Notes: generated by a model not told the origin, from the letters alone. Numbered from the whole stretch's first letter, positions 20,114 through 30,901 are shown. The stretch is 62,516 nucleotides of DNA, filler included, from 6 parts of 6 records of this genome joined end to end with filler, not necessarily neighbours in it; one strand, 5' to 3'. Numbers and translations: made by a program.

Positions 20114-21295
20114 ATGACCGACTCCGAAACGCCTTCAACTCCGCCACGCGATGATATCACTGCCTTATTGGTTTTGGACGATGGCACACTGTTTTGGGGA
20201 TACGGATTCGGGCGCGAAGGAGACACAGTCGGCGAGGTTTGTTTCAACACCTCTATGAGCGGCTATCAGGAAATACTGACCGACCCATCATATGCTGGGC
20301 AAATCATTACCTTCACTTTCCCCCATGTGGGCAATGTTGGCACCACAGCGGAAGACATGGAAGCACGTGCATCACATGCTCGGGGCTTGGTTATTCGCGA
20401 CAATATCACCGACCCGGCAAATTTTCGTTCTGAAAACCATTTGGATGATTGGGCGGCAACGCAGGGCCTGATTGGCATTTGCGGTATTGATACCCGCAAG
20501 CTTACCCGCCGCATCCGCGACGGCGGCGCCCCCAACGGGGTGATTGCTTATAATAAAGACGGCAAATTTGATGTGCCTGCCCTGCTGACAGCAGCCAAGT
20601 CATGGCCCGGCCTTGAAGGCATGGACCTGGCGAAAGAGGTTAGCCGTGCTGACAATGAAAACTGGACCGACACCCGCTGGGATATAAAAACCGGGTATGG
20701 CACCCTTGAAGATGCCACCGCTCACGTAGTTGCGGTTGATTACGGCGCCAAGGATAACATTCTGCGCTGCCTTTCAGAGACTGGCGCGCGGGTGACAGTG
20801 GTGCCCGCCACGGCGAGCTTTGACGAAATCATGGCGCTGAAGCCGGACGGCGTATTCTTATCAAACGGGCCGGGTGACCCGGCCGCCACCGGCGAATATG
20901 CTCTGCCAGTTATAAAGGCCTTAATTGACAGCGGCCTGCCAATATTCGGCATTTGCCTTGGCCACCAACTGCTGGCGCTCGCGTTCGGCGGCACAACATA
21001 CAAAATGCACCAAGGCCATCGCGGGGCCAACCACCCTGTGCAAGACCTGCGCAGCGGTAAGGTTGAAATTACCAGCATGAACCATGGCTTTTCCGTGGAC
21101 GGTGACAGCCTGCCAGCGGATGTGAAAGTAAGTCACATATCACTGTTTGATAAAACCGTTTGCGGCATTCAACATACCAGTAAACCCATATTCAGTGTGC
21201 AGCAGCACCCTGAGGCCAGCCCCGGCCCGCAAGACAGCTTTTATCTGTTCGAACAATTCATGGACATGATTCAGAAGTATAAATCAGCCGCTTGA
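20114..21295 (+). CDS. carA: Carbamoyl-phosphate synthase small subunit
   Basis: GEVCFNTSMSGYQEILTDPSY, LSNGPGDP, GICLGHQ and QHPEASPGP. Confidence 0.97.
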   Translation: MTDSETPSTPPRDDITALLVLDDGTLFWGYGFGREGDTVGEVCFNTSMSGYQEILTDPSYAGQIITFTFPHVGNVGTTAEDMEARASHARGLVIRDNITDPANFRSENHLDDWAATQGLIGICGIDTRKLTRRIRDGGAPNGVIAYNKDGKFDVPALLTAAKSWPGLEGMDLAKEVSRADNENWTDTRWDIKTGYGTLEDATAHVVAVDYGAKDNILRCLSETGARVTVVPATASFDEIMALKPDGVFLSNGPGDPAATGEYALPVIKALIDSGLPIFGICLGHQLLALAFGGTTYKMHQGHRGANHPVQDLRSGKVEITSMNHGFSVDGDSLPADVKVSHISLFDKTVCGIQHTSKPIFSVQQHPEASPGPQDSFYLFEQFMDMIQKYKSAA

Positions 21296-21327
21296 AATTG
21301 GCAGCCATAGCAAAGGAGACGACAGTG

Positions 21328-22002
21328 ATGAGACTTTCTAAAATAGGAGCCGCCGCTGGAGCCTTTTTTGCGGCAACTGCTCTTTCAACCATGGCATCAA
21401 CCTCAGCCCAAGCAGACGGGTTTTACCTGTCTACCTTCACCGGGCTCGCCATTCAAAACGACCAGAATAATACGTCCGGCAACCAGTCGCTGAATGTGTC
21501 GCTAGATAATGGCTTCGTGATTGGCGGGGCCGTGGGCTACAAATTACCGATTGGCCTGCGGCTTGAAGTCGAGCTAGCCTACCGCGAAAATGATATTACC
21601 GCCGGGCAACTTCTAAGCGACCCCACCGTTGCTTTCAGCGGTGATAATAGCTCGCTCGGGGCATTCGCCAACGTGCTCTATGACTTTCAAGGCTTGCCTT
21701 TCGTCACACCCTATATCGGGGTTGGCATCGGGGTTGGCGGCGTAGAATCAGACGTGGTGCGCACAACCGCAGTGAACGATCTGCGCTTTGGCGGCCCTAC
21801 CCGAACAGAGTTTCTCTATCAGGGCATTGCAGGGGTTACCATTCCGATCAATGACACCTTCGACCTGTTCGCTGAAGGCCGCTACTACGCCGCACCGGGT
21901 GTGGACTTTGACCTGATCGACACGGTGCTGAACACCACCTCAACCTTCAACAGTTCCTATGAAGTGATCCAGCTACAAGCTGGCCTACGCTTTAAGTTTT
22001 AA
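21328..22002 (+). CDS. Outer-membrane beta-barrel protein (OmpA-like transmembrane / Omp25-RopB-type)
   Basis: Signal peptide ending AQA, PYIGVGIG strand, C-terminal AGLRFKF BAM motif, AAGGAG RBS. Confidence 0.85.
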   Translation: MRLSKIGAAAGAFFAATALSTMASTSAQADGFYLSTFTGLAIQNDQNNTSGNQSLNVSLDNGFVIGGAVGYKLPIGLRLEVELAYRENDITAGQLLSDPTVAFSGDNSSLGAFANVLYDFQGLPFVTPYIGVGIGVGGVESDVVRTTAVNDLRFGGPTRTEFLYQGIAGVTIPINDTFDLFAEGRYYAAPGVDFDLIDTVLNTTSTFNSSYEVIQLQAGLRFKF

Positions 22003-22056
22003 TACTGACTTTGTGACTTTTTTTCGACAACTGCCTGACCGAAAGACACGCGTAAA

Positions 22057-22899
22057 ATGCCAAAAAGAACAGATATCAAAAGCATCCTCATCATCGGCGC
22101 TGGCCCCATTGTCATCGGACAAGCCTGCGAGTTTGACTATTCCGGCACGCAGGCCTGTAAAGCGCTTAGAGAAGAAGGCTATCGGGTTATTCTGGTGAAC
22201 AGTAACCCGGCCACCATTATGACCGACCCCGAGCTGGCCGACGCCACATATGTGGAGCCAATTACCCCTGAAGTAGTGACCAAAATTATCGAAAAAGAGC
22301 GGCCAGACGCCATATTGCCAACCATGGGCGGGCAAACCGGCCTGAACACGGCGCTTTCACTGGGTAAAATGGGTGTACTGGAAAAATACGGCGTGCAGAT
22401 GATTGGTGCAGACCGAGAAGCGATTGATAAAGCCGAAGACCGCATGCTGTTCAAAGATGCCATGACCAAAATTGGCCTGGAGAGCAGCCGCAGTGAAATT
22501 GCCCATACACTCGAGGAGGCAATGGGGGCGATGGAACGCATTGGCCTGCCGATGATTATTCGCCCCAGTTTCACCATGGGCGGCACAGGCGGCGGCATCG
22601 CCTACAATGTGGAAGAGTATGTCGAGATTGTCACCAACGGCCTTGATGCCTCGCCGACCACCGAAGTGTTGGTGGAAGAAAGCATTGTTGGCTGGAAAGA
22701 ATATGAGATGGAGGTTGTGCGTGACAAAAACGACAACTGCATCATCGTTTGCGCCATTGAAAATGTTGACCCCATGGGCGTTCACACAGGCGACAGTATC
22801 ACGGTAGCCCCTGCCCTTACCCTGTCGGATAAAGAATACCAAATTATGCGCAATGCATCGATTGCTTGCCTGCGTGAGATTGGTGTGGAAACCGGCGGG
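22057..22899 (+). CDS. carB: Carbamoyl-phosphate synthase large subunit (3'-truncated)
   Basis: [30 protein letters not shown] and [11 protein letters not shown]. Confidence 0.97.
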
Positions 22900-22999
22900 N
22901 NNNNNNNNNNNNNNNNNNNNNNNNNNNNNNNNNNNNNNNNNNNTTAATTAATTAANNNNNNNNNNNNNNNNNNNNNNNNNNNNNNNNNNNNNNNNNNNN
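22900..22999. other. Artificial contig spacer
   Basis: N44-TTAATTAATTAA-N44. Confidence 0.97.
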
Positions 23000-25900
23000 G
23001 GAGGAGAAATCATCTACCAACATGTTGGTGGATCATCTTACATTCTGACTTTAAAATTATATCGAGATTGTGACCCTGCATCTGTAGACTTTCCGCCTTC
23101 AACTACTATTCAAGTTAGAGAGGGTGATGGAACAGCCTTTACCACATTTACTTTACCCATGCTGGGTAGAGATACACTAAATCCCGAATTAGATACTTGT
23201 GCGTTTGACCCAGGAATTTGCGTTGAGGAAGCAATCTACTCTTCAGTTGTATCGCTGCCGCCAGGATCTGGAGGATACCATATGTATTACACTATTTGTT
23301 GCCGTAATGGATCTATTCTGAACATTAATAACCCATTGAATGCAAGAGAAACGTTTTATGCTTATGTTCCTGACAATAATATTTACTTGACTAATTCAAG
23401 TCCCGTAATTACTAATTTCCCTCCTGTTTATGTTTGTAACAATCAAAATCTTAACCTTGATTTTGGAGCAACGGACGCGGATGGAGACTCGCTTGTTTAT
23501 TCGTTCTATACGCCTTTTGATGGTTTCAATGGAACAGGAATAACGTTCTCAGGCGTACAGCCACCGAATAATTTTCAATCAAGTACCGTAACATGGAATC
23601 CTACTTATTCCGCAACAAGCCCATTAGATCCTGCTGGAGCCCCTGGATTAACGATAAACCCTCAAACTGGATTTATCACCGGTTCTCCTGTTATGACTGG
23701 ACAATTCGTTGTTGGTGTAATGGTGGATGAATATAGGGGTGATAGTTTAATAGGCAGAATTACGAGAGATTTCCAATTCAATGTTGTGAATTGTCCTCCT
23801 CCTCAAAATGCAGCAATTGGTCCTGTAGACGCGTGTAACGGCGTTGCAATTACTTTTGACAACCAGTCTGGTGCCGGAGCGAACGGATTCTGGTGGGATT
23901 TTGGAACAGGAAATCCAGCAGATACAAGTAATGCTTTTGAGCCTACCTTTACGTATCCTTCAAATGGAACTTATACAGTTACTCTTATGGCACAAAAAGG
24001 TACACTTTGTGCTGACACAGTAACTTACACAATGACAATATCTGGTCTGAATGGTGACTTTACCTACCCGGACACAGTCTGTGTTGGCGAATCGGCACAA
24101 TTCACGGACATTTCTACTTCGGCAGCGAATGGAACAGTGAACGGTTGGCAATGGGATTTTGGAGACGGAGGAACTTCAACAGCTCAAAATCCTACGCATG
24201 CTTACTCAGCAAGTGGTGACTATACCGTTCAACTTATCGTTTCAACTACAGCAGGCTGTATAGACACAGTGACACATCAAATTCATGTAAAAATTCCACC
24301 TCAGGCAAATATTACTCCTTTACCGGGATGTAATGGATTAACTGTAAACTTCATGAACGCAAGTGATCCAGGTGCTAACGGATTTTGGTGGGATTTTGGA
24401 ACTGGATTCCCTGCAGATACAAGTATTTTAACGAACCCTAGCTTTACATATGGAAGTTATGGTGCTTACACCGTATCATTGGTTGCACAAAAGGGAACAG
24501 CTTGCGCAGACACTGCCACTTATAATCTTATTGTTTCTGACATCACAGCCGATTTTAATGCGGTTGATACGACTTGTACGAATGTTCTTGTTCCTTATAC
24601 GGATGCCTCTTTTACAACTGGAGGCGGAACAGTCAATCAATGGCAATGGGATTTTGGTGGTGCTGGATCATCAACACAACAAAATCCAAGCATAGGTTTT
24701 ACTGTTGCAGGAACATATAACGTACAGTTAATCGCTCAGTCTGACTTAGGCTGTATTGATTCAGTTACTATTCCTATCGTTGTGGAGGATGCACCTATTG
24801 CGCAGATAGGACCAACTGATTTTTGTTCTGGATTAACAGTTAATTTTAACAATAATTCATCTCCAGGCGCAAGTGGATTCTGGTGGGATTTTGGAACTGG
24901 GAACCCTGCAGATTCGAGTGTAGCAACTAATCCAACATTTACCTTTCCAGGTTTCGGATCTTACACCATTACATTAATTGCTCAGAAGGGAACCGATTGT
25001 CAAACAATGACAACTATGAATATTACCGTTTCTGACATTACAGCGGATTTTGCCTCTGTAGATACCATTTGTGAGGGATCGGTAATCGCTTTTACAGATG
25101 CATCTGTGACTCAAGTAGGTACAACGATAACAGATTGGACATGGAATTTCGGAGATTTAAATACTTCGTCTCAACAAAATCCTTCTCATGCCTATAACGG
25201 AACAACAGGAACAGTTCCTGTGGAATTAATTGTTGAATCAAATATCGGTTGTACAGATACGATTGTTAAGAATATTGAAGTGGTGCCTCAACCAGTCGTT
25301 GATGCAGGAATGGATACAGCAGTATGTGTATCAAACCCGAGCTTACAACTTAATGGACAAGTTTTTAATGCCACAGGCGGAACCTGGTCTGGAAGTGGTG
25401 TATTTGCACCAGGTGCCTCAACTCTAAATGCAACTTATTTCCCTACCGGCGGACAATTATCTGGAGGTTCAGCAACACTTGTATTGACATCAAACTCGAC
25501 TGCTTATTGTGCGGCAGTAACTGACACTTTAGTCATCAGCTACCTAGACACTCCTACAATTGATGCGGGACTAGAAATTAATGTTTGTATTGACACTACT
25601 TATATTCAGCTAAATGCAACTGTACAATTCGCCACAAACACCGTTTGGACGACAAATGGAGCTGGAGCTTTTGATGATGATGGCCTTTTAGATGCAACCT
25701 ACACTTTTTCACCGGGTGAAATTATTGCTGGCGACTCCATTATGTTCCATATCGAAACGTTTAACTTTTCTGGATGCCCAGATGATGAAGATTCTGTATG
25801 GTTGTATTTTAATGCGCCTCCAACAATAGGAACTGTTTTTGATGATACGGTTTGTGCTGGATTCCCTATTCCTTTGAATTCTAATTCTTCTACCGGAAAC

Positions 25901-27097
25901 GGATTATGGACGACTCCTGACGGTGACGGAACTTTTAATCCTGACACTGCTGCTTCAACCATATATACACACGGAACCGGTGATGAAGCAAATGGCGGAT
26001 TCACAGTGTATTTTGAATCTTTAGACAATGGAGGGTGCCCGGCCCTTTATGATACCTTAATAATAACAATTGTACCAACCCCTACCCCTGACTTTACTTT
26101 TGTTGATACGTGTTTTGGTTTAGCGACCAGCTTCACAAATAACTCTTCAAGTCCGGCTGATCCTATAACTGGATATCAATGGACTTTTGAACCTGGCCAA
26201 ACATCAACTACTACTGACCCTTCTTACACCTTTACATCACCAGGTATCCATCCGGTAGAATTAATTGTTACCTCTGCAAATGGTTGTACTGACACACTTA
26301 CTTTAGATGTAGCAGCTCACCACATTCCAGTGGCAGACTTTGGAATACCAGCACCTTGTTTAAAACCATCAAGTCAATTTTATGATTCTTCATCTGTTGT
26401 TAATGATTCTATAGTATCTTGGAATTGGGATTTCGGAGATGCGACAGCGGCAGATTTAAATCAAAATCCTGCGCACCCTTATGACGTTGCAGGAACTTAT
26501 GATGTCACATTAACAGTTGCTTCAGGATTTGGTTGTACAAATTCTATTACAACCGCGGTGACGATAAATGAAGGTCCAACTGCTGCTTTCAATGTTTCAC
26601 CTCCGAGTGGAAACGTTGGTGACAACATTTATTTTACTGACAATTCAACATCCAACCCAGATGATATTGTTTCATGGCTTTATGATTTAGGAGATGGAAG
26701 CTTTATTTATTCAGCGGACGGTTCTCACGCGTATGACCCTGAAGGTGAATATGAAGTATTATTGATTGTCATAGATGAATCGGGTTGTACAGATACTGCA
26801 AGAGTAACCGTACCTATTTACCACGGTCCATTGGTGCCTTCTGCCTTTACTCCAAATGGTGATGGACACAATGATTTAGTGATGCTGTTAGGAGGTAATT
26901 TTGAATCTGTGGATTTCAAAATATACAACAACTGGGGAGAAGAAATTTTTGCTACGAATGAAGTTGATTCTCAAGGTTGGGACGGAACTTACAAAGGAAA
27001 AGAACAACCAATGGGTGTTTATGTTTACACAGCGATTGTTACAACCTTTGACGGTGAAGAACATGTGTTAAAAGGAGATATTTCATTGATAAGATAA
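23000..27097 (+). CDS. Multi-PKD-domain surface protein with a gliding-motility-associated (type B T9SS) C-terminal domain, 5'-truncated
   Basis: Frame is open from 23000 (GGEIIYQHVGG..YILTLKLYRDC). Repeated WDFG PKD motifs. C-terminus VPSAFTPNGDGHND..IYNNWGE.IF..GWDG..GVYVY..KGDISLIR. Confidence 0.92.
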   Translation, partial: GGEIIYQHVGGSSYILTLKLYRDCDPASVDFPPSTTIQVREGDGTAFTTFTLPMLGRDTLNPELDTCAFDPGICVEEAIYSSVVSLPPGSGGYHMYYTICCRNGSILNINNPLNARETFYAYVPDNNIYLTNSSPVITNFPPVYVCNNQNLNLDFGATDADGDSLVYSFYTPFDGFNGTGITFSGVQPPNNFQSSTVTWNPTYSATSPLDPAGAPGLTINPQTGFITGSPVMTGQFVVGVMVDEYRGDSLIGRITRDFQFNVVNCPPPQNAAIGPVDACNGVAITFDNQSGAGANGFWWDFGTGNPADTSNAFEPTFTYPSNGTYTVTLMAQKGTLCADTVTYTMTISGLNGDFTYPDTVCVGESAQFTDISTSAANGTVNGWQWDFGDGGTSTAQNPTHAYSASGDYTVQLIVSTTAGCIDTVTHQIHVKIPPQANITPLPGCNGLTVNFMNASDPGANGFWWDFGTGFPADTSILTNPSFTYGSYGAYTVSLVAQKGTACADTATYNLIVSDITADFNAVDTTCTNVLVPYTDASFTTGGGTVNQWQWDFGGAGSSTQQNPSIGFTVAGTYNVQLIAQSDLGCIDSVTIPIVVEDAPIAQIGPTDFCSGLTVNFNNNSSPGASGFWWDFGTGNPADSSVATNPTFTFPGFGSYTITLIAQKGTDCQTMTTMNITVSDITADFASVDTICEGSVIAFTDASVTQVGTTITDWTWNFGDLNTSSQQNPSHAYNGTTGTVPVELIVESNIGCTDTIVKNIEVVPQPVVDAGMDTAVCVSNPSLQLNGQVFNATGGTWSGSGVFAPGASTLNATYFPTGGQLSGGSATLVLTSNSTAYCAAVTDTLVISYLDTPTIDAGLEINVCIDTTYIQLNATVQFATNTVWTTNGAGAFDDDGLLDATYTFSPGEIIAGDSIMFHIETFNFSGCPDDEDSVWLYFNAPPTIGTVFDDTVCAGFPIPLNSNSSTGNGLWTTPDGDGTFNPDTAASTIYTHGTGDEANGGFTVYFESLDNGGCPALYDTLIITIVPTPTPDFTFVDTCFGLATSFTNNSSSPADPITGYQWTFEPGQTSTTTDPSYTFTSPGIHPVELIVTSANGCTDTLTLDVAAHHIPVADFGIPAPCLKPSSQFYDSSSVVNDSIVSWNWDFGDATAADLNQNPAHPYDVAGTYDVTLTVASGFGCTNSITTAVTINEGPTAAFNVSPPSGNVGDNIYFTDNSTSNPDDIVSWLYDLGDGSFIYSADGSHAYDPEGEYEVLLIVIDESGCTDTARVTVPIYHGPLVPSAFTPNGDGHNDLVMLLGGNFESVDFKIYNNWGEEIFATNEVDSQGWDGTYKGKEQPMGVYVYTAIVTTFDGEEHVLKGDISLIR

Positions 27098-27100
27098 TTT

Positions 27101-28087
27101 ATGAAGAAACTTTTACTTGCTGCCCTTCTGGGCGTATTTGCATTCTCATCTCAAGCGCAAGATTTTCACTTGTCGCAATATGATGCCGCAGCCTTAAACG
27201 CAAACCCTGGAATGACGGGCGTTTTCAAAGGGGACTATCGTATTCATGGTCATTTCAGAACTCAATGGCAGGCAATTGCTACTAGACCTTTTACTACTGG
27301 ATTGATTTCATTTGATGCAAATAAAGGCAAATGGGGCTGGGGAGTTCAAGCGGCAAATTTTAACGCTGGGACAGGTTCTTACAATGTAATCAGTATTTTA
27401 CCTTCTGCAGCCTTTAAAATACCTTTTGGTAAAAAGAAATTTAGCTTTTTCAGTCTTGGTGCACAGGTTGGAATTTTTCAGAAATCAATTAAAATGTCAG
27501 CATTAACTTTTGGAGATCAATACTCTCCTTATAATGGTGGGGCATTTGTAAACTCAACACAAGAAACATTTGGAGATGCAAACCAACTGAACTTAGATGT
27601 GAATGTTGGAGTAATGTACTATTACGCTAAACCGAAAATACGAGTGAATCCGTTTGCAGGTGTTACGGTGTATCATGTGAATCGACCTTCTGAATCATTT
27701 GTCCAAGACGGAGCCAATAAACTTCCTTTTAGATATCAAGCAATTGCTGGAGCAAGGGTTGTTTTAACAAACAAAATAGCCATTATCCCCAAAGTTTTAT
27801 GGCAACATCAAGAGAAAGCAAATGAGTTACAGTTTAGTGCTTTAGCACAATTTTATCTTGAGTCATATGACATCTTTTTACTAGGAGGAGGAACTTACAG
27901 AAGTAAAGATGCAGCCATTCTTGAGTTTGGAGCTAAATATGGGCCTTGGACCGGTAGAATAAGCTATGATATCAATACCTCTTCATTAACAAATGCTACT
28001 AATGGTAGAGGTGGTACTGAACTATCAGTTACCTACATTTTCAATAGACCTAATCCAAATCCAGTACCAACTTGTCCGAAATTATAA
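27101..28087 (+). CDS. PorP/SprF-family T9SS outer-membrane protein
   Basis: AQDFHLSQY..LNANPGMTG, RTQW and SYDINTSSL...GGTELS. Directly follows the type B cargo gene. Confidence 0.92.
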   Translation: MKKLLLAALLGVFAFSSQAQDFHLSQYDAAALNANPGMTGVFKGDYRIHGHFRTQWQAIATRPFTTGLISFDANKGKWGWGVQAANFNAGTGSYNVISILPSAAFKIPFGKKKFSFFSLGAQVGIFQKSIKMSALTFGDQYSPYNGGAFVNSTQETFGDANQLNLDVNVGVMYYYAKPKIRVNPFAGVTVYHVNRPSESFVQDGANKLPFRYQAIAGARVVLTNKIAIIPKVLWQHQEKANELQFSALAQFYLESYDIFLLGGGTYRSKDAAILEFGAKYGPWTGRISYDINTSSLTNATNGRGGTELSVTYIFNRPNPNPVPTCPKL

Positions 28088-30213
28088 TGAAGAAGATTAC
28101 TACTATTATTATTCTAGCCCTGTTAATGACAGGTTCTTTATTCGGCCAAACGAATAAAGAACTCATGAAAATGGGAGATGCAGCAATGGTGAATGGTCGA
28201 TATTCAAATGCGGTTCATTATTACGCTTTCATTCTTTTTAAAATTCAAGAAGGTCAAGAAGCTTTGTATTATCCGTATGAAATTTCAACCGCATATAAAG
28301 AACCTGAAAAAGAAGAAAACGGAACAATTGCTCCTCCTGAGACTCCGAATGCAAAAGAAATCAGAGTGATGCATAAGCTCGCAGATGCCTATAGACTTGC
28401 TGATGATTATGAAAATGCAGAAGTATGGTATGAGGCTGTCATGCAACACCCAAATGAAGAGTTTCCGTATGCTCAATATTTTTACGGTGTATCCTTAATG
28501 TATAATGACAAATTTGAAGAAGCTCAAGCCCAGTTTGAGCAATTTCAATCTGCAATTAACGACAAAGACAATAAATACTACAGACTTTCAACTGATAAAA
28601 TCGCAAGTTGTCAGTTTGCATTGAATCCTGTGAATACGAAAGAGGCTGTTGAACTTTCAAATTTAGATTCTTTAATCAACGCTGGTTCTACTAGCTTCGG
28701 TATCCAATTTGTTTCTGACGATTATATGATTTTCTCTTCAGCAAGAACAGACAATACGCCTGACTCGTTAAGGACTGAAGATGATGAAAGAAATCCATTA
28801 GAGCTCTATTTATTGGATATCTACATGGTTAAGCTGAACGAAGATGGATCATTAGGAGAACCCGAGAAGTTCCCATTCGAAATTAATTCCAAAGATTACC
28901 ATGAAGGTTCTGCTGTTATTTCTAGTGATGGAAACAGTATGTTCTTCACGAAGATGGACCCAAATAACAGAAACGAAACTAAAATTTATGCTAGCCGAAA
29001 ATTTAATAATCAATGGCTAAAACCGTTTGCTTTAGATAACACGGTAAATATGGATGGTTTCAGATCAATGAACCCGTACTTAACCAAAGATGGTAAAACG
29101 CTTTACTTTTCATCTAATCGACCTGGCGGTGAAGGAGGAATGGATATTTGGCTTTCTGAAGTAGGTCCTAATGGAATCACGTCTGAAGCTCAAAATATTG
29201 GAAATCAAATCAACACTCCTGCAGATGAACTAACACCCTTCTTCCACGAAAATACGAGAACTCTATATTTTTCTTCTGGTGGGCACATTGGATTTGGAGG
29301 TTTAGATATTTTCTCGAGTCAATGGGATGAGGACTCAGAATGGTTCGGCGCTTCACTAAATGCGGGTGCACCTATTAATTCTTCACGAGATGATAGCTAT
29401 TTCGTGATAGATGAAAAATTACAAAACGGATTCGTTACATCAGACAGAGAAGCTTGTACAGAGTGCGATTCTATTTATAACTTGAGTATTCATTGTAATA
29501 AGATTTATCAAATAAAGAAACCTGAAATGAAATTCTTCATATCAGGATACGTTTATGATGTGGCCACCAACGAGGTAATCCCAGGTGCTAAAGTAGAGTT
29601 TAAAGATGTTACTTATCAATGGGAGCATTTTGAAATGACTGCAGATGAAAATGGATATTATGAGCACGAATTGGCTCCGAACTTAGAACTATTTATGAGA
29701 GCTTCGCAAAAAGATTATTTTGCCGACAAGGCCTTAATTTTTACTTTGGGAGCCACAGAATCTAAAAACTATAAACAAGATTTCTATTTAGAAAAGATTC
29801 CAAAGGGTGAGATTACTATCGAAGGGATCGAATATGACTTTGATTCTGCCAAACTTAGACCAGTTTCTGAAGAAATCCTGGATAACTTAATTGAATTCCT
29901 TGAGCTGAATTCCAACCTGAAAATTGAAATCCGATCACATACTGATGAACGAGGAAATGACGCTTATAATCTTGATTTATCAGACAGAAGAGCGAAATCT
30001 GTTGTGGACTATTTAGTTGACAATGGAATTCCTAGAGAAAGATTAGTGCCTAAAGGATATGGTGAAACGAAACCAGCTGAAGTACCTGACAAAGATGGAA
30101 ATGTTGTCACGTTAACACCAGATTATATCTATGGTCTTTCTGACAAAGATCTTCAAGAGGAATATCATCAAAGAAATAGAAGAACAGCATTCTTCGTTTT
30201 AGAACAGAACTAG
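28087..30213 (+). CDS. PorE-like TPR / PD40 / carboxypeptidase-regulatory / OmpA-C protein
   Basis: LYFSSNRPGGEGGMDIW PD40 repeats, EIRSHTDERG..YNLDLSDRRA and NRRT OmpA motifs. TAATG coupling to the porP-like gene. Confidence 0.9.
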   Translation: MKKITTIIILALLMTGSLFGQTNKELMKMGDAAMVNGRYSNAVHYYAFILFKIQEGQEALYYPYEISTAYKEPEKEENGTIAPPETPNAKEIRVMHKLADAYRLADDYENAEVWYEAVMQHPNEEFPYAQYFYGVSLMYNDKFEEAQAQFEQFQSAINDKDNKYYRLSTDKIASCQFALNPVNTKEAVELSNLDSLINAGSTSFGIQFVSDDYMIFSSARTDNTPDSLRTEDDERNPLELYLLDIYMVKLNEDGSLGEPEKFPFEINSKDYHEGSAVISSDGNSMFFTKMDPNNRNETKIYASRKFNNQWLKPFALDNTVNMDGFRSMNPYLTKDGKTLYFSSNRPGGEGGMDIWLSEVGPNGITSEAQNIGNQINTPADELTPFFHENTRTLYFSSGGHIGFGGLDIFSSQWDEDSEWFGASLNAGAPINSSRDDSYFVIDEKLQNGFVTSDREACTECDSIYNLSIHCNKIYQIKKPEMKFFISGYVYDVATNEVIPGAKVEFKDVTYQWEHFEMTADENGYYEHELAPNLELFMRASQKDYFADKALIFTLGATESKNYKQDFYLEKIPKGEITIEGIEYDFDSAKLRPVSEEILDNLIEFLELNSNLKIEIRSHTDERGNDAYNLDLSDRRAKSVVDYLVDNGIPRERLVPKGYGETKPAEVPDKDGNVVTLTPDYIYGLSDKDLQEEYHQRNRRTAFFVLEQN

Positions 30214-30230
30214 AAAAGTTGAAAAATGTT

Positions 30231-30278
30231 AAATCCCGTTTTATCCGATTCTCTCGGACGAGACGGGATTTTTTGTTT
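30231..30278 (+). terminator. Intrinsic terminator after the T9SS cargo operon
   Basis: AAATCCCGT...ACGGGATTT stem with an inner TCCGA/TCGGA hairpin, followed by TTTTGTTT. Confidence 0.65.
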
Positions 30279-30279
30279 G

Positions 30280-30287
30280 TATCTTTG
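30280..30287 (+). promoter_or_regulatory. Bacteroidota -7 promoter element (TAnnTTTG) upstream of the FKBP genes
   Basis: TATCTTTG 14 nt before the ATG. The same motif occurs at 38123-38130 before fur, and TAAATTTG at 33325-33332 before fahA. Confidence 0.55.
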
Positions 30288-30301
30288 TAAAAAATTATTG
30301 A

Positions 30302-30901
30302 ATGAGTACTATTAAAGATGAAGCGAGCTATGGCGTTGGAATGAGCATAGCACAAAGTTTAGAAGGGCAAAACCTTGAAGGAATTAACCTGGATGAATTT
30401 GTAAATGGAATTAAAGATATATTTAATCAAAAACAACCTAAATTTTCACCACAGGAGGCGAATCAAAAAATTCAGGCCTATTTAACAGAGGTGAATGAAT
30501 CAAAATTTGAAGCTTTCAAAACAGAAGGCGCTAATTTTCTTGCAGATAACGCGAAGAAAGAAGGTGTAATCACTTTAGATTCTGGACTTCAATATGAAAT
30601 TATCACAGAAGGAAACGGTGAAAAACCAAGTGCAACTTCTCAAGTAACCGTTCATTATCATGGAACGTTAATAAATGGAGATGTTTTTGACAGCTCAGTA
30701 TCTAGAGGCGAACCCGCAACTTTTGGAGTAAATCAAGTGATTAAAGGATGGACAGAAGCCTTGCAGCTAATGCCTCAAGGGTCTAAATGGAGATTGTTTA
30801 TTCCTGAAAACTTAGCATATGGAGCTAATCCACATCCAGGAGGACCAATCAAACCTTTTATGACGCTTCTTTTTGAGGTAGAATTAATAAGTGTTGCCTA
30901 A
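30302..30901 (+). CDS. fklB: FKBP-type peptidyl-prolyl isomerase (FklB/Mip-like, cytoplasmic)
   Basis: SYGVG N-domain, SGLQYEI, VTVHYHGTLING.VFDSS and VIKGWTEALQLM. Confidence 0.88.
   Translation: MSTIKDEASYGVGMSIAQSLEGQNLEGINLDEFVNGIKDIFNQKQPKFSPQEANQKIQAYLTEVNESKFEAFKTEGANFLADNAKKEGVITLDSGLQYEIITEGNGEKPSATSQVTVHYHGTLINGDVFDSSVSRGEPATFGVNQVIKGWTEALQLMPQGSKWRLFIPENLAYGANPHPGGPIKPFMTLLFEVELISVA

Noticed and set aside
23815..25300. Repeats in the PKD gene as a diversity-generating retroelement template/variable pair
   Set aside because: The copies are in-frame domain duplications, their differences are not adenine-specific, and no reverse transcriptase is present.
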